64,000 nt of DNA. Source: Eledone cirrhosa. Its lineage: Eukaryota. The stretch lies in the NCBI GenBank assembly GCA_964016885.1, contig OZ024751.1, positions 6,882,001 to 6,946,000 of the forward strand, in the 5' to 3' direction. Of this stretch, positions 29,034 through 43,500 are shown piece by piece. Below the pieces are notes generated by a model. It was not told the origin of the DNA. It saw nothing but the letters and a program-made list of their open reading frames with translations, and made no database searches. Position 1 is the stretch's first letter. Every line of letters begins with the position of its first letter. Both the position numbers and the translations under genes were made by a program.

Positions 29034-29525
29034 TAAATGTAAGTATGTATACGTACATACATATATGCATACATACGTACCGTAGTATATATATACATAC
29101 ATGCACACATTTATATATATGTACGTATGGGTTTACCGAACATTTATTATATTGCTCGGTTTGTTTGTAAACAAACAGCCCGAATTATTAGCCGTACAGT
29201 GTTCGGTAACTATCGTTGCCAATTTGTTCAACACTGACAAAGGAACGATGAACTAGTTTATAGCTTTTTAGCTATCATCAGCACAATATACCTTCCTGTC
29301 AGTTGATTGAACATTTGAAAGTATATACTTTCCTTATGCATATTAAAGGCTGAGCAGCCTAATTTGCATATCGAGTGAGTTAGTCGGCCGGGCGTACCGA
29401 AAACGCTAAATGGAAAAAAATGAAATTTCATTTCCCACTCTTAGTACGGCTGATACTTAAATATAAGTATGTATACTAACATACATATATGTATACAGAC
29501 ATACAGTAGTATATATATATATATA
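29034..29525 (-). mobile_element. Retrozyme-like family B, ~1.15 units (period 424 bp)
   Basis: Unit restarts at 29462; HHR near 29245-29290 with GAAA mutated to TAAA. Confidence 0.8.
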
Positions 29526-29544
29526 CATATATACATAGAATAGA

Positions 29545-31480
29545 AAACAATCCTGTGGCACATCTTCTTCATTCCAAACATTCACAAAGAGATCAGTGAG
29601 GCGGTTTAAGAAGTTATCACCAGCACACTTGAAAATATCGGCACTCAGTCCATCCATTCCAGGTGACTTGCCGCTGTTCAATTTGGCAATGTCCTTCGCC
29701 ACCTCATCAAATGAAGGAGGATCAGCCATTGCCAGCTTTGTAGGCCTGGATGGAATCGACCGGATGAACTCATCATCAATTTCTAATGGTCTTTTGAGAA
29801 GCTCATCAAAGTGGTCATGCCACCTGATCAGGATTTCCTTCGGATCTCTGAGCAATTCATGAATTAGTGAACCGGTCGGACCATACACCTCCCTGAGCAG
29901 AGTGTATAGGAGCTTTGTATCATGTCTTTCTGAGGCCATCTGGATTTCATCAGCCTTTTGGCTCCACCAGGTATCCTGCATGGCTCTCAATCGAAGTTGC
30001 ACACATGCCTTGATCTGCCTGAGGGTACGGTCACTCCTGTCAGAACGTGTCTAACACAACAATGATGTCAGCACTTTTTGTTTCTTTTCAAGCAAGGTCT
30101 GGATCACTGGATCATTTTCATCGAACCAGTCTTTATGCTTTTTATTGGTATGACCCCAAACTCCAGCACTAACATCATATACGGTTTTCTTCAATGATTC
30201 CCAAGTGTTTTCACATTCCATGAACTCAAGGGACCACGACAGCTCAGCTCTGACTTTCTCTGTTTTCAGACGATCCACGTTTAGTTGTTTTGGAAGTGCA
30301 ACCTTCTACCCCCTTACTTTGGGCTTCAGAACAAATTGAAACTCGGCGCCCACCAGACGATGATCAGTCCAACATTCTGCGCGTCGCAATACACGAACCA
30401 ATGTGATATCCCTGATATCACGTTTTCTCGTTAAAACGAAGTCAATAAGGCGCCACTTCTTGGAACCTGGATGCATCCAAGTTGTCTTATATTTGTCTTT
30501 CTGATGAAAGAGCGTGCTCCCAACAACAAGATCCATCTCAGTGCACATCTGCAACAGAAGTACGCCATTGTTATTGCACTTACCTAATCCATGCCTGCCC
30601 ATCACACTCCACCTTCCCAGTCATTAACAACACGTGCATTCAAATCACCAACGATGACAATCTTGTCTGCATAAGGTATACCATGGATGACCTCTCTCAA
30701 AGACTTGTAGAAACTTAGTTTTTCATCATCACTAGTACACATAGTAGAGCGTACACAAAGCGGTTTTGAATCAAAGGGTCTCTCATGGACATTATCCGAT
30801 CATTGAATCCACAAGGAATATTTTCCAGCTTTGAGACGATTCCATTCCTGACTGCAAATGCGACCCCTGCCTCTCTCCTACAACCCTCTGCTCCACCACT
30901 CCAATAGAAGGTATATCTTCCATTCTGTTCTGTGAATTGACCTTCTCCTGCCAATCTCGTTTCTGAAAGAGCAACGTTGTCCATACTTTAGCGATCGAGT
31001 TCCCTCGACACCAAATCAGATCTTCTTTCAGGGCGAGTTTTACTGGACTGGGAGTCCAGTAATGTTCTCACATTCCAACATCCAATATTCAGAGGTTTGA
31101 GCCTCCTTGTAGTTGTAGGATGACGACCGGGCCCACGCTGCGGTGCCATGGGACACCTGCCGGGCCAGACCCCTTCACAACAAGTTCCAGAGCCCCTACT
31201 GCCATTGACCTGAAGGTTATCATCTGTCATCATAGAGTTTGGTGCACTTTTAGGCTACAGCCAGCCACACGAACCTGTAACAGATCCTGAACAAGCGATG
31301 CCTGTGCTTTGAAGGTTTGTTAAGTGGGGAAAGGCCTTGCACGCGACTAATCCCACTCTCTGCGCATCGAAAACACTACCCGAAAAGGAGAACTGGTCAA
31401 CATCATCGGATGCTGCCAAAGCCTCAGGTTATTTTTTCAGAGTTTCTCTCTTCTAGAAAGGTGTTGTGACAACAACAGGG
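29545..31480 (-). pseudogene. RTE (BovB-like) LINE: 5'UTR, AP endonuclease and linker, truncated before RT
   Basis: LNIGCWNVRTLL, ALSETRL, GVAFAV, TTWMHPGSK.W.LIDFVL, TDHRLV, KSPGMDGL; multiple stops and frameshifts. Confidence 0.9.
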
Positions 31481-32229
31481 GGCCCTTCACTTCCAGGTAA
31501 AACAAAGAAAAAAAGGTACTATTTGGATGGCCGTTGACTCTGCTGAGTTCCTCCGCCCTTTGCCAGATTTTGTATCAAAACCACCTAATACATTTTGTAA
31601 CCTCTGTCTACTAGAGACCCATACTATCATCTTCTCAAACCATAACCTCCTTAATAAAAAAAATCAGAAGTGTTCGCGTCTTGCCAGCACCGCTTCCGAC
31701 ACTCCTTCCAAACTTTAAACCCAATATATAACAATGTCAGACTCGAACCCGTCACCACCTCTAGCAACAAACCTCAAGGGCACACCTTACACCACATCTC
31801 CACACTCATTGATCCACTTTAACACAAATAGTGACATCCTCCTAGTACCTTTTACCCTAGAGATATCCCCATGGATATCTAGTTTTGGTATAATTGCCTT
31901 CAATTACTTAGACTACATTACACCACTATATAATTAATGTAAACTGTAAACACTGAATTGCTTGTGCTAATGTTGTTCTGAGTATGTAGTGCCATCATTG
32001 GATAAATGGAAGATTAATTAATTTATTAACATAAAATAGCTATATAACCTATATGCTGAGTGCAATGAATTATGTACAAGTGATGTATGAGTTATACATA
32101 CATGTATGACTTGATGGTCAGATTAGTGTCATTGTAAGTGAGAATTGAACTCTGGTCTACCCTAGTGATATTTAACTTTGCCATGCAATCAGACATGCAC
32201 CGACCCAGAGCTTACCAGGAGTTATATAT

Positions 32230-32362
32230 GGATTAAATCGACCCCATAAGGATGAAAGGCAAAGTTAACCTCGGTGGGATTTGAACTCAGACCGTAAAGG
32301 GACGTAACTATGCTGGAAAGCATGGCATCCGACCTTCTACTGATACTGCCAAAAAATAATTC
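32230..32362 (-). mobile_element. SINE family 1 (truncated)
   Basis: Reverse complement of the head and core of 27990-28110. Confidence 0.8.
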
Positions 32363-32369
32363 TCCTTCT

Positions 32370-32690
32370 TCTGAAACACTCCAAGCGGATACTATCAGAA
32401 GCAACCGTCTCCAACTTATCCGGCTGGATCCTCTAACGAGATCATGGATGTTATCCAACCATCTTGCTCGGGGTCTATCTCTGGGTCTCCAGTGATTCTT
32501 TTCTGAGACATTCTAACCACATGCCCATAGTATCGGAGATGTGATCTCTCAATTCCAACCCAGCTGCGCATGTCAATCTTGTGCATGAAAATAATGAATA
32601 GGAGAGGTGACAGTACACATCCTTGGCGGAGTCCGACTACCACATTGAATGGTTATGATTTAGCGCTATTTATCCGAATGCAAATACCCA
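32370..32690 (-). pseudogene. Internally deleted RTE-type LINE remnant
   Basis: GLRQGCVLSPLLFIIFM joined to LRYYGHVVRM and RPRTRWLDNI-like C-terminus. Confidence 0.75.
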
Positions 32691-34045
32691 AGCCTTTGAG
32701 TCTATCTTTCGATCTAAGTTGGCTAATCTTGAGCGACTTTTAAAATATCTCGAGGTTATTGAGCCTCACGAAGGTTTTTTTTTATATTTTGGAATTATTT
32801 GTCGATTCCTAAGTTGCTGTATTTCCTTAGAGTTAGTCCCTCTTACATATTCCCGTCGTCTCGCCAACGCTTTGACGACTTCATTGAAGTCAAGGGATTG
32901 GTCTATGCCAGGCTCTCTCCAGAGTTCCGTGACCAGGCTCAAAATGGGATTTACGTATAAGCTAAACAAACTATAGCTTAGGGCCCCCACTTTCTTTGGG
33001 CTCCGAAATATTTGAAAAAAACGGTGTGTACATTTAATATTGAACGTTTTGCAGTTTTTATAACATTTTTTATAACATATAAAGGGCCCCATTATCTCAA
33101 ATAGCTTAGGGTAGACTACACTTACGAAGATCATTGATTTGGGGATCTGACTCTTCATGTAGAATATTCAGTTGTGGCACCCTATGATAGAGGGTAATCA
33201 TCCTAATATGAACACCTTTAGTACTTCTTGATAGACTACACTGTAATATATAGATAAGATACTTAAATTTAGAAACTGTTTATAACCTTATATGATAGGG
33301 ACTCATTTGAGACACCATTTAATGTACATTAGGATAATAAATTTAGTTATAGAAATCAGCTAGTTAACTCCCGTCACGCATTAACTCCCCTTAATCACAC
33401 ACACACTTCTGGAAAATAATTCGATGTTAATTCTCGCAACAAAAACAACCTGCTCTATAAAATTGGATTAAAGAACAGCAAGCTGTAATATTCTAACATA
33501 ATTCATCAAGTATCCAATATTGAATCATCGTAGATTATGTGAAGTGCATATAATGTATATATTACGTTTCCTGGATTGTGAAAACGGTGGTGTATACGAA
33601 AAACATAACATTGTTTTGCTCCTCATTTTTAATATCTTTAATATTTCTCTACACACAAGCTTCTATATCATACATATAAAAAAATACTTTACCAATACAA
33701 GCCCCATAATACACTTGATTGCCCGCTTAAAGTGCTTGAATTACATATAACACCTTGCCGCATTATAATGTTATATAAATAAGACACACGTGCATGCCCC
33801 ACGTGTAACTATTGCATACACTAACTACTTCATACTATCCTCTTGCTTTATTTTCGTAAACTGCCAATGTTGTATTTTAACTTTAATTTTGTTTTCTTTA
33901 ATATGACTTTAATCTTTGAATGTAAATTGCCATGCTAAAATATCATAATGGATGTCAACCCACTGTGCATCAATATATACATATGTTTCTGTATGTCTCT
34001 TGTGTTGAAAAGGAGGTCATGTATGTAAACAATCATTGAAAAAAT

Positions 34046-34090
34046 GCTCCGAAGACATCAAACCTCGGTTTGGAAGAAACAATTGTAAGC
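34046..34090 (+). ncRNA. Degenerate hammerhead motif
   Basis: gct-CCGAAGA-..caaacc(tc)ggtttg..-GAAA-caattg-TA-agc, then AATAAA; one core mismatch. Confidence 0.5.
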
Positions 34091-34125
34091 CAATAAATGG
34101 TTTAAACAGAACTTTGATTCATGTA

Positions 34126-34159
<34 letters not shown>

Positions 34160-34163
<4 letters not shown>

Positions 34164-34237
34164 CTCACTCTACTAACGTAAGTATTGAGTATTCTGGTGC
34201 GTTATGGTCCATCTGGTTCCTTACCACAACTTCTTCG

Positions 34238-34240
<3 letters not shown>
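34160..34240 (+). repeat. Family C tail only
   Basis: Matches 13667-13745. Confidence 0.75.
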
Positions 34241-34286
<46 letters not shown>

Positions 34287-34320
34287 TCTATTTACATCCA
34301 TCTATCTATCTCTATATATA

Positions 34321-34430
<110 letters not shown>

Positions 34431-34433
34431 ATA

Positions 34434-34517
<84 letters not shown>

Positions 34518-34526
34518 AGTATATAT

Positions 34527-34830
34527 GGATGTTACACGAGAATGTTGAGGATGGCTCTGAACATTAATCAGTATACACTGAGGGTGAAAACTCAGAGCTG
34601 TATGGGAGCATCCCAAAAGTCAACTCAAAAGTGACACAGAGGAGACTGAGGTTAGCTGGACATGGACACACTAGAAGAGGAAGACCAAGGTTAACGTATG
34701 TTGATGCCCTAAGGACAGACACTGGTCTGTTGGAGATGCAGGACATGGAAGCGATAATGTGGGACAGAGACCGCTGGAGAGAACTCGTCCATGGATCTCG
34801 GGAATTTTACCCGCCTTAGATAGATAGATA
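34527..34830 (+). pseudogene. 3' end of RTE/RTE-X LINE with (TAGA)n tail
   Basis: [45 protein letters not shown]. Confidence 0.8.
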
Positions 34831-35308
34831 TGTAAGTATGTATACGTACACATATATATGTATACAGACGTACAGTAGTATGTATATATATACATACATG
34901 CACACATATATATATGTACGTATGGGTTTCCCGAACATTTATTATAATGTTCGGTTTATTTGTAAACAAACAGCCCGAATTAACCCGTACAGTGTTCTGC
35001 AACCATCGTCGCCCTTTTGTTCAACACTGACAAAGGGACGATGAACTAGTTTCAAGTGTATTAGCTATCGTCAGCATCGTATAATTTCCTGTCAGATGAT
35101 TGAACGTTTGAAAGTATATACTTTCCTTATGCATATTAACGGCTGAGCAGCCTAATTTGCATATCGAGTGAGTTAGTCGGCCGGGCGTACCGAAAAGGAT
35201 AAATGGAAAAGAATGAAATGAAATTTCATCTCTCAGTCTTAGTGCGGCTGATAATTAAATGTAATTATGTATACGTACATACATAATGTATACATACGTA
35301 CAGTAGTA

Positions 35309-35389
<81 letters not shown>

Positions 35390-35396
35390 TTACATG

Positions 35397-35445
<49 letters not shown>

Positions 35446-35593
35446 GCATGGGTTTACCGAAGATTTATTATAATGTTCGGTTTGTTTGTAAACAAACAGC
35501 CAAAATTAAGCTGTACATTGTTCGACAACCATCGTCGCCCTTTTGTTTAAGACTGACAAATGATCGATGAACTAGTTTCAAGCTTATTAGCTG
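34831..35593 (-). mobile_element. Retrozyme-like family B, ~1.6 tandem units (period 429 bp)
   Basis: Head-to-tail repeat; HHR at 35038-35080 (acgatg-CTGACGA..GAAA-ctag-TT-catcgt) and a truncated HHR at ~35566-35593. Confidence 0.85.
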
Positions 35594-35686
35594 TACGTCT
35601 TAATTCGTGATGTTGTTTACAAACAAACCTAGTTGTTCGAAAATTAATAATTATTAATATTTTAGATACACTTACATACACATACA

Positions 35687-35763
<77 letters not shown>

Positions 35764-35812
35764 TTATGCATACCCACCCCCCACATATATATATACGCTT
35801 AATAATAATAAT

Positions 35813-35881
<69 letters not shown>

Positions 35882-36673
35882 CATAGACATGCCGAAACAT
35901 ACACACATACATATGACTGACTATATACATTTCCACAAAATATGCCAGAATACACACGCAATTATGAATAAATACATACAAAATTGCATATATACATGAA
36001 CATATATTCATACATATCTTGTTATCAATATATTGTTTGAAAAGTAGAAGTAGGGTTCCCGTAAATAAAATAATGAACTATAAGGGTGTATGTAGAAAGA
36101 GTGTAACAAATTATTAGAAGGAAAAAGGGATAATAGTAGTGATACTGTATGACAAATGATAGGTGAATAAAGTGAATATGTGGTTGTAGATAAAGGTAAG
36201 CTTAAAGGTTAAAAAAGGGGAAAGAAGTTTTCAGGATCTCTAAACGATTAAGGGAGGCCAGAAAGAAGGTGGCTGGTGTGTAAAAATATGACAGAAAAAG
36301 AGGGCGGGTATAATTAAAATAAATAAGCGGGAGTTAATTGTGTATAATGATTGTAGTAAAATTTATGTGTTCATGAAATGATCTGGGTAATGAGTGGAAG
36401 AGTTAATTTGTAAAAAGAGTAAGTTCACGGTGGTTGAGTGTTCGTCGGTATAGTGTAGCAGCTGGAAAGAAGATGTGATTTCAGGTGTGGACAACTCCTG
36501 ATGACCTCAGTTTTAGAATTGAAGCAAGTAGTAGCAGTATTCAGATCATTCAGTATTCTGTTCATTTCTGTTAAACACAAAGTACATTTCTTTGTGCATT
36601 TCTGATATTCTTTTGAGTAGTCTAAAATGGACCAATCAATACATGTTTCTGTGTGTGCGTGTATATATATATA

Positions 36674-37736
36674 TCATTATCTATAAAAGGCAGACTGTTG
36701 TTGTTGTGAGTGTGTGTGTGTGCATGTTCCATGTTTATACATTTGCACAATTTCAAACCGATTCGACTCAACGACTGTAAGAATGTTGTAAATGTCCGAC
36801 TTAGGTCTACGACTATTTATCTCATTCACACTGACCCACAATTACGGAAATAATCGATACAACTAAATACATGACGCTTTACCCATCTAATAGAATCTGA
36901 TTACCTCTCTCTACTCGCCTTACACTTTAAGAGAGAGAGAGAAAGTGAGAGGGAGTGAGAGAGAGAGCACGTTTGTTTTTGTGTGTGGAACGGTCAAATA
37001 TTTATTTACTTCAATGACAAAAGAACTTATTACATTTCATACGAAACAACAATTATTCAAAAGCAAAAGATAAATTTATTTGACAACAACAAAAAATAAC
37101 GATAAATCTTTTTTAAAACATCTATCAACGAACGTGGAAGAAAAAGTATCAGTTCATTCACTATACACAATAATATCCTCTATGAGGTCACTAAACCTGC
37201 TAGAAACAGCAGCTAACTCTCCCCCATATTCAAAAGCAACAGATAAATTTAATCAACAACAAAAAAAAATAGTGATAAATTTTTTTTAAAACATCTATCA
37301 ACGAACGTGGAAGAAAGAAGTATCAGTTCATTTACTATACACAATAATATCCTCTATGTGGTCACTAAACCTGCTAGAAACAGCAGCTAACTCTCCCCCA
37401 TATTACACCACTCCCTACTGTCTTAAATTTAGAAAACACACATTAGACCACCATGCAGAACAACTCCATCACAGCTCTGTTGTTCGGCTGGCATCGTCTA
37501 CGCGCGTGTTGTGCAAGTACTGTGAAACAATAAATTTCAACACTTCTTTGCACAGAGATAATATCCATAGGCGAAACTACAATTGTCACTCCTGGCGCAG
37601 CTCCTGCTTCCGCAGTCCAGGTCTGCAATTCATTCACCCAGTGCCTTGTAGACAAAAAAGTGCTTCCATAAAATGGGTGGTGCAACCTAACTTTGGTAAT
37701 TTACTGACCCCGAGCAACGCCGGGCTTTAATGCTAG
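36674..37736 (+). mobile_element. Non-autonomous Helitron
   Basis: A|TC..TCTATAAAAG 5' end after (TA)n; 3' hairpin cccgagcaacgccggg plus 8 nt then CTAG (37733-37736); internal ~180-bp tandem duplication. Confidence 0.75.
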
Positions 37737-38501
37737 TCTACTATATAAGTCCAGTTCTGTCTGTGTGTGTAAAGTATTATAACTTGCGTATTGTTTACCC
37801 GATCACGCTAAAATGTTACACATTGCCAAAGGAGGGCGCGAGACGTGTCACTAACAACTATTTATTGCATAATTGTTAATTGGAAAGTGATAATCGCTAT
37901 TTTTCTTGTGTGACTTTGCGTTAAAAAGTCTCCATTAGAACTGCCGTAGCGGGAACGCGGTTGAGAAAGAAAAGGAAATAGAAAGTGCAGAGTAGAAGAG
38001 AGAGAGGGACAGAAAAAGAGAAAGAGAGAGAATGTCTATAGGAGGGAAACAGCAACAGAATGAAAGAGATAAAGAAAAAAGGGAGAGTGAGAGAGAGAGA
38101 AGGCTGTGTGAGAGAAGGGACTGGCAAAAAGAGAGAGAAAGAAGAGGCTGGGTGAGAGGGGAAAGAAAGAGAGAGTGAGACAGTAAGTAATCACATGTTG
38201 TGAGAAGAGAAACAGACGACAATATAAAATATTAAACACGATATTAGACAAATATTTTTGTAAATATGACAATATTTTATATATACATACATGCATAGAT
38301 AAATCTACATATACAATTGCATGTGTATAGTAAAAAATATATGTGTAAGTACGCATATGAAAACACGTATATATAAATGAAGGTAGAAATAAAATACGTA
38401 TATAGTAGTTGATAGACGACTATATACGCACATATAAATAAGAATATATACATACATTAAATTATAAAAATGAAATGGTAAAATAATATAAAAATTAAAG
38501 A

Positions 38502-38662
38502 TAAAAATAAAAATAAAAATAAAAATAAAAATAAAAATAAAAATAAAAATAAAAATAAAAATAAAAATAAAAATAAAAATAAAAATAAAAATAAAAATAA
38601 AAATAAAAATAAAAATAAAAATAAAAATAAAAATAAAAATAAAAATAAAAATAAAAATAAAA
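38502..38662. repeat. (AAAAAT)n hexamer array
   Basis: About 26 direct units visible. Confidence 0.95.
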
Positions 38663-39537
38663 ACCCTTATGCAAAAAAATATATATATATAAATTATAAA
38701 TGAATAAAAACGAACATAAAATGATCAAAAATATAAAATACGAATAAAAATAAATATAAAAATAATAATAATAAAAATGAAATAAAAACACGCATGCAGA
38801 CTTACGAACGTAAGACAAAAAACCAAAAACAACAGGTGAAGAAATAAAAACACAAAAACACACTCATAGAAAAGCATGAAAAGTTAGGGCTAAACACACG
38901 CAGTACACACACATACAAACATGCATATATGGCGACGTACACAAATATACACATACAGAAATACAGACATGAACATTTGAAAGATGAGCAAGGGTAAGGG
39001 GTGTGTGATATAGTGAGAGACAATGTCAGACAAGGTATGGATACATATAATAATAAAAATAACGAATAAAAATATATATGAAAAATGAAAAAAATTAAAA
39101 TACAGTAAAAATAGTCAGGGGTGTTATAAAGTAAAACAATAAAGATAAAAATGAATATATAAATGTATATTTATATCTGTACGTATACGTGTGTATGTTT
39201 TTACTCTTAACTCCGATAAACAGAAACGCGGTACATTGAGAAAGAGAAGGAAGTAGAGAGTGCAGAGTAGAAGAGAGAGAGGGACAGAAAATTAAAGAGA
39301 GAGAATGTCTATAGGAGGCAAACAGCGACAGAAAGAAAGAGACAAAAAAGGAAGCGGAAGGGAGAGAGGGAGATAAGGATATGTGATAGAAGGGATTTGC
39401 AAAAATAGAGAGAAAGAAGAGGCTGTGTGAGAGGGGAAAGAAAGAGAGAGAATGTGTATAGGAGGGAAACAGCGACAGAAAGATAGAGACAAAAAAAGGA
39501 AGCGGAGAGAGAGAGAGAGAGAGATAGATAGATAGAT

Positions 39538-39611
<74 letters not shown>

Positions 39612-40598
39612 CTGTGTGAGAGAAAGGACTGGCAAAAAGAGAGAGAAAGAAGAGGCTGTGTGAGAGGGGAAAGAAAGAGAGAGTGAGACAGTAAGTAACC
39701 ACATGTTGTTATAAGAGAAGCAGACGACAATATTAAATATTAAACACGATATTAGAAAAATATTTTTGTAAATATGATAATATTTTATATATGCATGCAT
39801 AGATAAATACATACATATGTTTACAGGTACATATATATATATATATATATATATAACACTCTGATTCTGCGTTTCGTTTCGCTTTTTCTACCCGCCGAAA
39901 GGCGATTCTCGCTGAATTTATATTTATATATATATATATTATATATATACATACATGAATAGATAAATACATGCATTTGTTTACAGGTATATTTATATAT
40001 ATATATATCGCCATTTTTCTAATCCTTGTGTGACTTTGCATTCAAAATCTTCATTAGAAGATTATAAACAGCAACCAGGTAAATTTCTTTGATTTGATTT
40101 GTTTCAGACTTATTCAATTACAGATTTTCGATGTGATCGAGTCCCGTTCTGTCTGTGTGTATAAAGTATTATAACTTGCGTATTACTAACCCGATCTCTT
40201 AAAATTTTACACATTGCTAAAGGAGGATGCGAGCTGTTTTTATAAAAGAAGCATAACCACTTTAGATGACGCTGTATATTGTGTATTACAAGACTCTTTT
40301 ATTAATTAGCACTGATGAACTGTAATACTTCTAGAACCTACAAGGTAGACAAGTATTGTACTCAGTAATTTGATTGCCGATGTCACGGAATATAGTAGCT
40401 GTAAGCGACAATTCCTTAACGACATATACATAACATTTACAGCATTGTGTTTCACAATTTCTTCTCGGTGATCAGTCAGTTTGTAATGATATTTTCTTTA
40501 TAGCTCAGTGAACATTTGCAGTAGGTTCTGTAGTATCAGTCTCTGGTTGGCAGTTAATGATTTGTTTCAGATGTATTCAATTACAGGTTTTCCATAGA

Positions 40599-43500
40599 AT
40601 ACCTAAAAAAAGCAAGAGTCACATTGAAAGAAAAACAATAAATACTTTTGCTTTGTGTTCTTTGCGCGCAAGCGAGATAGAAGAACAATGTATGCTACGG
40701 CGTGCTCGCAATGCTGCTTCTACTTCGATCACAAGTGCATTACAGATAACTGAACAAGCAAAACTCCAGCTCGCTCGCAATGCTACTTCTACTTCGAAGG
40801 CCAGAGCATTACGGACTGCTGAACAAGCAGAACGACAGCTTGCTTGCGATGCTGCTTTTACTTCAAATAGTCGTGCTTTAGAGACTGTTGACCAAAGGGC
40901 AACAAGGCTTGCGGCTGATTCTCAACGGAAAATGCGTTCTTATGTCTTTCCGAGGGTTTCTTCCTGTTACTGGTCTAAGATGGCTTTTCATTACGCATCC
41001 CACCCACATATCATCATTGGTAGCATGCCAACTGTTTGCGTCAATTGTAACGCAATGAGGTGACCAGCTGAATCAACAGGTATATGCTGCTCCAATGGAA
41101 CGGTTAGATTGCCTCATTTACAAGTCGGTGCCGAACCTTTGAATTCTCTACTGCTTGGAGACCACCCTGATTCTAAACACTTTCTTAGAAATATAAGAGC
41201 CTACAATTCGGCTTTCCCAATGACAAGCTTTGGTCATAAAACATGGAAATTATATGCCCACATTCAAAGTGCATCAAATTGACTCCCTTATTCCACAATA
41301 TGGCGATGAACACAGTTTTCTCCAGATTTACTTTATTGGGAACGGACATGAAGAAACTGCACGAAGAGCTTCATTTACTAAAGGAACAATATCTTTTCTT
41401 CTGCAGCCCTTTCAATATATGCTTCATACCATAAACACCTATGTCACCATTTTCAAAATTGCTTTTCAGCGTAGAGATGCTAACACCAATCAATTCAAGG
41501 TTGTCATTCGAGGTGACCGCGCTCCACCAGGGCAGCATCAGGGTTTCTTTAACAGACCCCAAATCGATGAAGTTGCGGTGCTTATAACAAGTCCTAATGA
41601 GAGTGCTTCAAACCGTGATATTGTTCTTGATTGGCAGGACACGTGTCTTCAAAAAATAAATGAACTTCATCCTGCATATGATGCCCTCCAATATCCATTA
41701 CTGTTCCCCTTTGGCGACGATAGCTACCGCAAAAACTTGCCAAAGTGTAATCCAGTAAGTTTAATGCATCTTCAACCACGGAAAACCATTTCACAAATTG
41801 AATGTTATGCATTTAGGCTTATGTTTCGCAAAAACGACATCATCATTCTGCATAAAATACGGATGCTCCTAAATCAATACTGTGTAGACGCATTTGCTAA
41901 GGTAACTATTTATTATTTTATGATTTCGTTCAGAACATTTCCTTAGCCAGTTCACTCAATATTTACCACAACAATTTCTTCCTTTTCCAGATTGACACTG
42001 AACGCCCTCAATGGATAAGACACCATCAAAAGGAAATGCGTTCAGAAGAATACGGCAATCTACGTGATGAAGTCAACCGAAATGATTAGGTTATTGCTTC
42101 GGATGTTGGGCTATCTGTCATTGTCCCATCGTCATACACTGGAGGCTCCCGTTATATGCATGAACAAATGCAGGATGCTCTCACCTATGTCCGCCATTGT
42201 GGCCGTCCTGATCTTTTCATCACCTTCACAGGCAATCCAAAATGGTTTGACATCCAGTCTCACTTACTTCATGGCCAACATCCTTCACACAGGCATGATA
42301 TCACATCTAGAGTGTTTCACCTAAAACTTATGAAAATGATGGATGTTATAAAATACGGGCAACTTTTTGGACCAGTAAGGTGTTTCATGTACACCGTAGA
42401 ATGGCAGAAGAGAGGACTCCCACATGCCCCTATTCCCCTTTAGCTTCAAAAAGATCTCATGTCAACTGATGTTGATTCCGTTATAAGTGCTGAATTGCCA
42501 AATCCCCAAGAAGACCTTGTCCTTTTTCAAATTATAAAAGCCAACATGATCCATGGACTGTGTGTCCACCTAAATCCAAAATCTGCATGTATGGATAATG
42601 GGAAATGTACAAAGCGTTACCCACGTAAACTTATCCATGAAACCAAAACTGGTGATGATGGCTACCCTTTATACCGTCGCAGGGCACCGCAGGAGGGTGG
42701 CCATACGGCAACTATAACAATGGTTGGTGGTCAAGATTTCAATATCGACAACCGATGGGTTTTACCACATAAAAAGGTGCTTTGTAAAATGTGTTCAGCC
42801 CACGTTAATGTTGAATTCTGCAACTCCGTAAAATCAATCCAATACATCTGCAAGTATATTCATAAGGGAGCCGATCGAACAGTTATTGAGTTGGCTAAGA
42901 CCGATAACACTGAAGCTGCCACAGATGAAGTCACGTTTTTCCAAACTGGACGCTACATCTCTTCAATGAGGCATTTTGGCACATATTCAGTTTTCCGATC
43001 CATGAACGTGAACCTGCAGTTATTCACCTCAGCGTTCATTTGGGGAATGGTCAACGGGTATATTTTAACCAAGAAAATATGCTTGACTGTGCAAGACAAC
43101 CTCGAAAAACGACCCTTACCGGATTCTTTGAGCCCATGCATCTGACTCTGTTGCCAGAACACTTCTTTATGCGGAGTTGTCTACATTCTACACGTGGAAT
43201 AGATCTTCCCGCTGTTGGCAAAGAAGAAAGCGAGGGTGCATTTCACAAAGGGATGCTTCGATGCGTGAGTCTGATGCCCTCTCAAGAGTGTACACCTTCG
43301 TCTTCTATTGCACGTTGTCAAAGGTCCAACTTCCTTTGAAGACCTTCGTACCATCAATGGCCATATTTGTTCAACATTTAAAGAGGCCTGCTCCACATTG
43401 GGTCTTCTCGAGAATGATGACCACTATGACAACGCCCTCCATGAAGCATCATGGCTGCAGTCCCAATTGTTCTTCGTAAGCTTTTCGCCGTTATGCTGGT

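Noticed and set aside
32700-33240. Possible DNA transposon remnant or 130-aa ORF
   Set aside because: No recognisable domain, TIR pair or TSD that I can support.
38495-38863. FY-repeat membrane protein or CRISPR-like array
   Set aside because: Pure (AAAAAT)n with no spacers, in a eukaryotic context.
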